Below are positions 57,876-64,000 of a stretch of DNA of 64,000 nucleotides, piece by piece. Within the stretch, counting starts at the first letter, position 1, and every line of letters starts with the position of its first letter. Under the pieces are notes generated by a model. That model worked only from the letters and a program-made list of their open reading frames with translations, was not told the origin of the DNA and searched no databases. Made by a program: the position numbers and the translations under genes. Origin of the DNA: Bacteroidota bacterium (GTDB lineage: Bacteria; Bacteroidota; Bacteroidia; Chitinophagales; BACL12); contig JAKQVC010000160.1 of the NCBI GenBank assembly GCA_029571985.1, forward strand, positions 36,864-100,863, written 5' to 3'.

Positions 57876-58454
57876 ATGCAGTCCAGAACCCTTTCTGATG
57901 ACAAGCTGGTAGAATTATATCTGGCCGGCGAAGAATCTGCCCTTGGCGAACTCCTCAACCGCCACAAAGATAGGATATACACGTACATCTATCTCTTTTG
58001 TCGCGATACCCATACCGCCGAGGATCTCTTGCAGGAAACCTTTATTAAGGTGATTGACAAGTTGAGGAGTGGGAAATATCAGGAGCAAAATAAATTCCTG
58101 CCCTGGATCAGCCGCGTAGCCTACAACTTATGCATCGACTATTATCGTCGTGAGAAGCGCATGCCTAAGGTGGTAACCCGCGATGGCTTTGATATTTTCA
58201 GTGTTCTGAAATTTTCTGAGCCGGGTGCAGAGGGCAAGGTGATGGACCATGAGTTCTCCTCCCGGGTGCGCAAACTGCTGGAATATTTGCCGGAAGAGCA
58301 GCGCGAAGTAGTGGTTTTACGCCACTATATGGACCTCAATTTCCGCGAAATAGCTGAAATGACGGGCGTAAACATCAATACCGCACTGGGTCGGATGCGT
58401 TATGCCTTAATCAACCTGAGAAAGTTGATGGAAACAAAAAATATTACCATTTGA
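57876..58454 (+). CDS. ECF-type RNA polymerase sigma-70 family factor
   Basis: Region 2 (RIYTYIYLFCRDTHTAEDLLQETFIKV...WISRVAYNLCIDYYR) and region 4 HTH (FREIAEMTGVNINTALGRMRYA). Confidence 0.9.
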   Translation: MQSRTLSDDKLVELYLAGEESALGELLNRHKDRIYTYIYLFCRDTHTAEDLLQETFIKVIDKLRSGKYQEQNKFLPWISRVAYNLCIDYYRREKRMPKVVTRDGFDIFSVLKFSEPGAEGKVMDHEFSSRVRKLLEYLPEEQREVVVLRHYMDLNFREIAEMTGVNINTALGRMRYALINLRKLMETKNITI

Positions 58455-58495
58455 TATACTAAGTGGCTGATGCTGTCCGTTTTAGGTGCATATTT

Positions 58496-58759
58496 ATGGT
58501 TAAACCTAAAACATACCGCATGATCAAAACCGTTACGCAAGACAATCTTGTTCGGTTCATCTACGGTGAGATTTCTGCAGAGGAGGCCAGCCTCATTCAA
58601 GAGGCGCTAACCAGCGATCTGGAGCTTAAAGAGCTATATGATCAGTTGGTAGAAAGCAAGGCCGAACTCGATAAAATCCGCCTGCAGCCCTCACAAAAGG
58701 TGATCGACAACATTCTGAACTACAGCAGAAACTCTGCTCCAATGGAGCACCTGCAGTAA
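58496..58759 (+). CDS. small hypothetical protein co-transcribed with the ECF sigma factor (possible regulatory partner)
   Basis: Starts within 10-70 nt of the sigma stop; candidate starts are 58463 GTG, 58496 ATG and 58520 ATG. The motif LVRFIYGEISAEEASLIQEAL resembles a conserved Bacteroidota protein found after sigma genes. No TM helix. Confidence 0.5.
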   Translation: MVKPKTYRMIKTVTQDNLVRFIYGEISAEEASLIQEALTSDLELKELYDQLVESKAELDKIRLQPSQKVIDNILNYSRNSAPMEHLQ

Positions 58760-58770
58760 AGAAAAAAAAA

Positions 58771-58795
58771 CCCGGCTCAAGGCCGGGTTTTTTTT
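58771..58795 (+). terminator. rho-independent (potentially bidirectional) terminator
   Basis: 9-A run, cccggc / gccggg stem with a 5-nt loop, then an 8-T run. It begins 12 nt after the stop at 58759. Confidence 0.75.
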
Positions 58796-58851
58796 GGTGA
58801 GTGGTGAATGGTGAGTGGTGAACGGTGAATGGTGAACAATGAGTGGTGAGT
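58796..58851. repeat. tandem heptamer array (GGTGARY, 8 units)
   Basis: ggtgagt ggtgaat ggtgagt ggtgaac ggtgaat ggtgaac aatgagt ggtgagt, read directly. Confidence 0.9.
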
Positions 58852-58867
58852 GGATTGGTATGAGGAT

Positions 58868-58898
58868 AAATTTTTCAATGCAGCGCATTGAAAAATTT
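58868..58898. other. perfect 14-bp inverted repeat / hairpin with a 3-nt loop
   Basis: aaatttttcaatgc agc gcattgaaaaattt, read directly. AT-rich, not followed by a U-tract, and located between the two terminators. Confidence 0.8.
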
Positions 58899-58940
58899 CT
58901 ATTTCAAGGTTAAATGGCGAATTGAATAATCGAAAAATCA

Positions 58941-58974
58941 TTAAAATAAAAAAGGGATACATAGTATCCCTTTT
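58941..58974 (-). terminator. rho-independent terminator of dnaN
   Basis: On the minus strand, an aaaagggatac / gtatccctttt stem with a 3-nt loop is followed by UUUUUUAUUUU. Confidence 0.65.
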
Positions 58975-58998
58975 CAGTTATAATAGAATTTAAAATTT

Positions 58999-59019
58999 CA
59001 CTACTCACCACTTACCCAC
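58999..59019. repeat. CACTACT/CACCACT heptamer-like block, inverse complement of the GGTGARY array
   Basis: The reverse complement of cactactcaccacttacccac is gtgggtaagtggtgagtagtg, which resembles units of 58796-58851. Confidence 0.7.
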
Positions 59020-59024
59020 AACTT

Positions 59025-59094
59025 ATTCCTTATTCCTTATTCCTTATTCCTTATTCCTTATTCCTTATTCCTCATTCCTCATTCCTCATTCCTC
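59025..59094. repeat. tandem heptamer array (ATTCCTT x6 then ATTCCTC x4)
   Basis: Ten perfect units read directly. The array ends 2 nt from the dnaN stop codon (59097-59099). Confidence 0.95.
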
Positions 59095-59096
59095 CC

Positions 59097-60215
59097 CTAA
59101 ACGTTCATCATCACCGGCATCACCAGCATCAATAAATCTTCTGCTTCATCAGCTTCTGTAGGTAATAATAAGCCTGCGCGATTTGGTGTCGATAGTTCAA
59201 AACGAACTTCCTCGTTATCCATGGCATTGAGCATTTCTAACAGGAATTTAGCGTTGAAACCAATTTCCATATTTTCTCCGTCATATGCACAGTCAATGCG
59301 CTCATTCGCTTCATTACTGAAATCTAAATCCTGGGCACTTACTGCTATCTCGTTTCCTTTTATTTTGAGGATAACCTGATGCGTTGTTTTATTTGAGAAG
59401 ATAATGACACGACGTAATGTATTCAGAAAATCAGCGCGGTTAATGGTGAGGCGGTTCGGATTTTCCTGCGGGATAACCGCGTTGTAATCCGGATAGCGAC
59501 CTTCAATTAAACGACAAATGAGTTTCACATTGTTGTAGCTGAAGAAAGCAAACGAGCTGTTATAGCTTAAAGTAACCTGAGTTTGCTCACTCGGTAAATT
59601 AGATTTCAGCAGGTTTAAAGCTTTTTTAGGCATAATTAAGGATGAGCCTTTATCCGCTTTAATATCTGTGCGACGATATTTTACAAGTTTGTGTGCATCA
59701 GTAGCCACAAAATTTACACCATCTTTATTTAATTGGAACAATACACCTGTCATAGGTGGACGTAACTCATCATTACTGGTGGCAAAAGCTGTTTTATTGA
59801 TAACCTTTTGCAATACACCTGAAGGCAAATTAATTTCTGATAATTTATCATCGCTGGATACGCGTGGGAAATCATCGCCATTTTCGCCATTTAATTTATA
59901 CTTACCGCGATCGGTAGTAATTTCTACCTGACTGCCATCATCAGATACGCTGAAAGTTAGCGGCTGCTCAGGAAGTGTTTTCAGATAATCAACTAAAATA
60001 CGTGCAGAAATGGCAACCTTGCCTTCTGATTTCGATTCTATTTCCATCCAGGTGGTAATAGATGTCTCGAGGTCGGTTCCTGAAATTGTGAGTTTATTTT
60101 TTTCGACAACAAACAGAAAATTCTCCAGAATAGGCAACACGGTATTCGGGCTCACAACGCCATTCACTGTTTGCAGGTTGCGCAATAACGCGGTCGTGCT
60201 TACGATAAACTTCAT
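59097..60215 (-). CDS. dnaN: DNA polymerase III subunit beta (sliding clamp)
   Basis: MKFIVSTTALLRNLQTVNGVV..., LPILENFLF, three-domain length of 372 aa, and a C-terminal ...LLMLVMPVMMN-type ending. Confidence 0.95.
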   Translation of the reverse strand: MKFIVSTTALLRNLQTVNGVVSPNTVLPILENFLFVVEKNKLTISGTDLETSITTWMEIESKSEGKVAISARILVDYLKTLPEQPLTFSVSDDGSQVEITTDRGKYKLNGENGDDFPRVSSDDKLSEINLPSGVLQKVINKTAFATSNDELRPPMTGVLFQLNKDGVNFVATDAHKLVKYRRTDIKADKGSSLIMPKKALNLLKSNLPSEQTQVTLSYNSSFAFFSYNNVKLICRLIEGRYPDYNAVIPQENPNRLTINRADFLNTLRRVIIFSNKTTHQVILKIKGNEIAVSAQDLDFSNEANERIDCAYDGENMEIGFNAKFLLEMLNAMDNEEVRFELSTPNRAGLLLPTEADEAEDLLMLVMPVMMNV

Positions 60216-60237
60216 GTAGTGTTTTTTTTGAACCCGA

Positions 60238-60245
60238 CAAAGGTA
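60238..60245 (-). promoter_or_regulatory. candidate -7 promoter box of dnaN (TACCTTTG on the minus strand)
   Basis: TAnnTTTG match 23-30 nt upstream of the dnaN ATG (60215). Confidence 0.35.
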
Positions 60246-60337
60246 ACCAATACACCCTAATGTTTTTCAACAGATGTGGATACTGTTAGGGGGTTTTTTC
60301 AAAGATTTAGGTCACCCAACCGCCGCCAACAACACCT

Positions 60338-60345
60338 TATCTTTG
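60338..60345 (+). promoter_or_regulatory. candidate -7 promoter box (TATCTTTG)
   Basis: TAnnTTTG match only 5 nt upstream of the ATG at 60351, which implies a leaderless or near-leaderless mRNA if it is used. Confidence 0.3.
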
Positions 60346-60350
60346 CCTGT

Positions 60351-61925
60351 ATGAAGCTTACCCATGCCCTCATGATTGGAGCCAGCGTACTGGGACTGAT
60401 ACGTACAACCGCTTACACACAGTCATCTCCCCCCTTTACCTTATCCTTAGAGGAGGTAACTTATCCTGACTGGCCGGGACTGCACTCTTTCGTGAGCGGG
60501 GAGTGGGAAGGCCGCCGTTTGGTGATGTGTGGCCGTACGGGAGGGTTACATGGCTTTTTGCCGCCCAATCCGTTCACGCCACTGGAAGCAAATAAAGAGG
60601 TGTGGATGTTTGAACCGGAAACCGGGGCTATGTGGGAGGCCTCAACTGATGGATTGCCTAGTGAGGTGCAGGCGCAGTTGCAGAGTACGAATCCCCAGGC
60701 TTTTCAGCGGGGGCAATACCTGTATATTATTGGTGGATACGGTCGCGAACCACTCGGAACCGATATGGTTACTTTTCCAACGCTGACGGCCGTCGATTTA
60801 CAGGCGCTGGCGGAGGCCTTGGAGGCGGGTACCGAAATTGCAGGTGCTTTTAGAAGTATTTCTGACCCGATGCTGGAAATTACGGGCGGTGAGGTAGGTA
60901 TGATTGGAGATACGATTTATGTGTTTGGCGGACATTCGTTTACCGGCGAGTATAGTAAACCGGCAGGACCTCAGTTTACGCAAGTGTATACCAATCAACT
61001 CACTTCTTTTACGTTGACGGATGATGGTGAAATGTTGAGTATTGACAACATACATATTCGCACCGACACAATTGCTTTTCATCGTCGTGATTTAAATTTT
61101 GAACCCATGATGCAGGCGGATGGATCACCTGCTTTAATTGCACTGAGTGGTGTTTTTCAATATGAATCAGACGCGGTTTGGTACGAGCCTGTTATTGTTA
61201 CAGATACCGGATATGTAGTAGATGAAGCCTTTATGCAAAAAATGAATAATTATACATGTCCCGTTATATCCATGTATGACGCTCCTGACGGAACAAATTA
61301 CCATACTCTTTTAGGTGGCATTAGTCAAAACTGGTACGATGAATCTGATGGCACTTTAATAGAAGATTTAAATGTGCCTTTTGTCAATGATATTACAACA
61401 ATTATTCGCGCTGCGGATGGTTCTATGGAGCAATTTATTCAGCCTGTTACATTATCCGGATTGTTGGGAAGTAATGCTGAATTTTGGGTTTCAGCGGATG
61501 TACCTGTTTATGAAAACGGCGTAATTAAATTGCATGAAATTACTACTGAAACATGCATTGGGTATATGTTTGGCGGTATAGATGCACTTATTCCGAATTT
61601 CACGCCTTCAACTGCTTCTAATGTATTATTAAAAGTGTGCATAGTGCCAGATGAAGAAATCAGTATTGCCCAGCAGGAAATGGCAGGCGTTCGCGTTTTT
61701 CCAAATCCGGCACAAAATCAGATTTCATTCCGTAATCAAACCGGCAAGGTGATTAACACCTGGCAAATAACAGATGCCGTAGGAAACATCGTAATGTCAG
61801 GTACTGAATACCTGTTACCCGGCTATCAAAAAACCGTGCAAATTGCCGATTTGTCGACAGGCATTTATTTCATTCAGTTTCGTGGTGATGATGAGGTGTT
61901 TTTGGGGGTTTGTGTGAAGATGTGA
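60351..61925 (+). CDS. T9SS-secreted protein, probably a Kelch/galactose-oxidase-like beta-propeller
   Basis: The ATG at 60351 gives the signal peptide MKLTHALMIGASVLGLIRTTAYTQ; the track start at 60276 lacks one. YIIGGYG and YVFGGHS Kelch-like cores. C-terminal VFPNPAQNQISFRN...GIYFIQF...VCVKM sorting domain. Confidence 0.65.
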   Translation: MKLTHALMIGASVLGLIRTTAYTQSSPPFTLSLEEVTYPDWPGLHSFVSGEWEGRRLVMCGRTGGLHGFLPPNPFTPLEANKEVWMFEPETGAMWEASTDGLPSEVQAQLQSTNPQAFQRGQYLYIIGGYGREPLGTDMVTFPTLTAVDLQALAEALEAGTEIAGAFRSISDPMLEITGGEVGMIGDTIYVFGGHSFTGEYSKPAGPQFTQVYTNQLTSFTLTDDGEMLSIDNIHIRTDTIAFHRRDLNFEPMMQADGSPALIALSGVFQYESDAVWYEPVIVTDTGYVVDEAFMQKMNNYTCPVISMYDAPDGTNYHTLLGGISQNWYDESDGTLIEDLNVPFVNDITTIIRAADGSMEQFIQPVTLSGLLGSNAEFWVSADVPVYENGVIKLHEITTETCIGYMFGGIDALIPNFTPSTASNVLLKVCIVPDEEISIAQQEMAGVRVFPNPAQNQISFRNQTGKVINTWQITDAVGNIVMSGTEYLLPGYQKTVQIADLSTGIYFIQFRGDDEVFLGVCVKM

Positions 61926-61971
61926 ATGGTGTATTTATTGATAGGCAGTATGCAATGCAAATAGCTTGTTT

Positions 61972-62021
61972 ACCCCACCCCCGACCCCTCCCCGTCTCCT
62001 TACAGTCGGCGGAGAGGGGGG
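61972..62021. repeat. left GC-rich inverted repeat flanking the DUF559 gene (itself an imperfect hairpin)
   Basis: ...ccccgtctccttacagtcggcggagagggggg. Its partner at 62627-62672 reverse-complements to ...ccccatctcctttcagtcggcggagagggggtg, with about 30 of 32 core positions identical. Confidence 0.75.
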
Positions 62022-62113
62022 ATTCGATATGATTTATCTTGAGAGTTTAAGTTGTTGCAGCTAAATTGGTTTTTGTGTTGAATTTGGTAATTTGGGTCTG
62101 CATCTAATTAATT

Positions 62114-62503
62114 CTATTTTTTATTTTTCAAGTAATTTTTTCTTAATTCAAGTGCATTTAATATTGTCACTAAAGTTTCGGGCAAGTTGCGTTCAATTTT
62201 GCCATTTTCGAACCTGATGATTTGAATGTCATATGAACTAATCACCAAATCTCTCGCCACATCATAATCTTTATTTCCATTGTGCGAGCTGCCATCCAAC
62301 TCAATACCCAAACGCGCTTCTTTACAATAAAAATCCAGGACAAAAAAAGTTCTCGATTGCGGTGTATAACAAATGCCAACAGGGTATTGCCTACGAAATT
62401 CCCAACCATTTAATTTATGGTGTCGCAAAGCCTCCCACATGATGCGCTCAGCGGGAGTGCTTTTTCGGCGTAATTTTCTAACGGTTCGTTTTATATATCC
62501 CAT
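62114..62503 (-). CDS. DUF559 endonuclease-fold protein (Vsr/restriction-endonuclease-like)
   Basis: STPAERIMWEALRHHKLNGWEFRRQYPVG...VLDFYCKEARLGIELDGSSH...D..R...L...G..IIRF is the DUF559 signature. The start at 62503 (MGYIK) or 62512 is possible. Confidence 0.8.
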   Translation of the reverse strand: MGYIKRTVRKLRRKSTPAERIMWEALRHHKLNGWEFRRQYPVGICYTPQSRTFFVLDFYCKEARLGIELDGSSHNGNKDYDVARDLVISSYDIQIIRFENGKIERNLPETLVTILNALELRKNYLKNKK

Positions 62504-62626
62504 GTTAATCACTAAAATATTTGTTGATTTACAATTTGCAGTTTATTATTTCCACACTAACCGCTTATTGTCTTCCTATTAATTATATATGCCTGTGGAT
62601 TACAAATGCAAAATTCACTTCCAGAT

Positions 62627-62672
62627 CACCCCCTCTCCGCCGACTGAAAGGAGATGGGGATGGGCAGGGTTG
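62627..62672. repeat. right GC-rich inverted repeat flanking the DUF559 gene
   Basis: caccccctctccgccgactgaaaggagatggggatgggcagggttg, the inverse complement of the 61972-62021 repeat. Confidence 0.75.
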
Positions 62673-62763
62673 AAAAATCTGCTATGAGAAAAAAGCAAAC
62701 TAAAACCTAAAGATAAACTCGCACCCAATTCGCAAACTGCAAGGAGTCGGCAAAGTAAATTTT

Positions 62764-63813
62764 CTACTTCCCTATAGCACCATCAACCAGCACATTCTTA
62801 CCTCCGGGACGTTGGCGGTAGAAATATTGTGGGCCGATGAGTAGTTTGCCAAACACAAAGTTTTGAATAATCGCTAAATCTTGGTCCTGATTAAAAACAC
62901 CATAATATTTATCTAAATCAAATTCAACAGGCTTGTCTTCATACGTAAATTGCATTTTAGACCGGTAGGTCAGAGGCCTGTAGTAAATTTTCAATGTGGT
63001 GTTTTTATTTTGCATATCTGTTACCGACATGATGCAGGCAGGCTGAACGCCCAGCAGTGAATCGCGTTTATCGTCTTCGTTGATATAATATTCGGCATTC
63101 AGGAATTGAAACTGCTTGATATAATACTGAACGATTTCCTGGTTCAGGGTTTTCTGACTAACCTGATTGCAGATGAGTATAAAAGAATTATTTGCCTGGC
63201 GAACTAAAGAAAAAGTGGAGTCTTTTACTGCGGGATAGGTAATGTCTATCTGCCGCACATCTGCTGATTTAATGCTGAAAATTTCTTTACTCCTCCAGTC
63301 TCGTTCATCTGTAAAGAACACCGTGGAAGCATATCCGGCGAAACCGGGAATATTTACAACAAATGGTTTTTCAGAGGTTTCCATCAGCATAAAGGTGCCG
63401 TTCAGTTTATCTGTGTTTTCACCGATGAAGAATCCTTTTATTTTTTCACCCTCTTTATTGTAAATACGTACGAGTGTTCTTTTACCTGCAATATTCTTTA
63501 CAACAGTATTGTGCATGCTTTTAGCTACAGGCACTTTTATTTCCAGCTGATGCAGGGTGTTCATCAAATTGTGTACGGCATCAGGACGTGGTGTCTGACC
63601 ATTGTTGTATGTCCAGGTGTTATTACTAAACTTCAAGTCGATGGTGTCGCCGGTCAGGGTGGTCATAATAACTCTGCCAATATCAGTGGTGTCCTCTATG
63701 GCAAAATCGGCATCTTTTTTACTGTAGGAGGAGCCAGAATCGCGAATCAGGGTAAAGTAAGCAACAACGCATAAAATAATTAATATGCCGAGATACAACA
63801 GGTTACGTTTCAT
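62764..63813 (-). CDS. DUF4340-like membrane-anchored protein (partner of GldG-type ABC auxiliary proteins)
   Basis: An N-terminal TM anchor (LLYLGILIILCVVAYFTLI) followed by a ~320-aa extracytoplasmic domain. It lies immediately downstream of a GldG-like C-terminus. The family call is from memory of this architecture. Confidence 0.5.
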   Translation of the reverse strand: MKRNLLYLGILIILCVVAYFTLIRDSGSSYSKKDADFAIEDTTDIGRVIMTTLTGDTIDLKFSNNTWTYNNGQTPRPDAVHNLMNTLHQLEIKVPVAKSMHNTVVKNIAGKRTLVRIYNKEGEKIKGFFIGENTDKLNGTFMLMETSEKPFVVNIPGFAGYASTVFFTDERDWRSKEIFSIKSADVRQIDITYPAVKDSTFSLVRQANNSFILICNQVSQKTLNQEIVQYYIKQFQFLNAEYYINEDDKRDSLLGVQPACIMSVTDMQNKNTTLKIYYRPLTYRSKMQFTYEDKPVEFDLDKYYGVFNQDQDLAIIQNFVFGKLLIGPQYFYRQRPGGKNVLVDGAIGK

Positions 63814-63835
63814 AATCAGTTGATGTTAGCCCGCA

Positions 63836-64000
63836 TATTTGCGGTTACGAATAAAGAAATAAATACCGCTGAAAATATACAAGAGTAATAGAGGTGCCAG
63901 CAGGTTAATCACTTGCCATTGTGTGCGATTTTCTTTTACCTTTTGTTCATCTAATGGTCTGAGCTTCACTTCTTTGGCGCGTGTTTCAATCAGGCCATTT
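63836..64000 (-). CDS. 3' end of an upstream CDS (partial), possibly a GldG-like ABC-transporter auxiliary protein
   Basis: My hand translation of the minus strand gives ...NGLIETRAKEVKLRPLDEQKVKENRTQWQVINLLAPLLLLYIFSGIYFFIRNRKYAG*. This is a C-terminal TM helix plus a basic tail, open to the window edge. It is not in the ORF track because it is truncated. Confidence 0.35.

Noticed and set aside
58691-58962. Two minus-strand ORFs (58691-58888, 58777-58962) between the sigma-associated gene and dnaN
   Set aside because: They translate the GGTGARY array (HSPLIVHHSPFTTHHSPLT) and span two terminator hairpins, so they are artefactual.
58861-60284. Chromosomal replication origin next to dnaN (TGAGGATAA at 58861 and TGTGGATAC at 60276 resemble DnaA boxes; AT-rich core at 58860-58990)
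   Set aside because: There are only two isolated one-mismatch boxes ~1.4 kb apart, with no cluster of DnaA boxes and no dnaA gene adjacent. The AT-rich segment is occupied by terminators. GC-skew analysis of the whole genome would be needed, and I cannot support the call from this window.

Overview
This 64-kb chromosomal segment reads as a Bacteroidota genome. Seven ORFs end in Por/T9SS C-terminal sorting domains, several genes are preceded by the Bacteroidota TAnnTTTG -7 promoter box, and the gene context fits (SurA/PpiD-MoxR cluster, long-form PurF, GldG/DUF4340). It holds about 55 tightly packed protein genes, mostly housekeeping or envelope functions: a TetR-TolC-MFP-RND efflux operon, a futalosine-pathway radical SAM enzyme, eukaryote-like kynurenine-branch genes (3-hydroxyanthranilate dioxygenase + ACMSD), a PPIase/chaperone cluster, MoxR, PurF, KorAB 2-oxoglutarate:ferredoxin oxidoreductase, UvrA, an ECF sigma factor and DnaN. 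I found no rRNA, tRNA, CRISPR array, transposase, integrase or recognisable defence gene, and no unambiguous new multi-gene system. Five things seem most worth a second look. (1) A family of composite intergenic elements built from tandem heptamer/octamer arrays (ATTCCTY, GGTGARY, TGCGGAKG), with a shared architecture at two loci plus a related third locus. (2) A T9SS-secreted protein whose N-terminal domain carries the motifs of eukaryotic lysyl oxidase. (3) A DUF1611 + dipeptide-epimerase-like + secreted D-aminoacylase cluster. (4) An AT-rich DUF559 endonuclease-fold gene bracketed by GC-rich inverted hairpin repeats. (5) A stand-alone T9SS sorting-domain ORF. All functional calls rest on motif recognition from memory. 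No searches were run.
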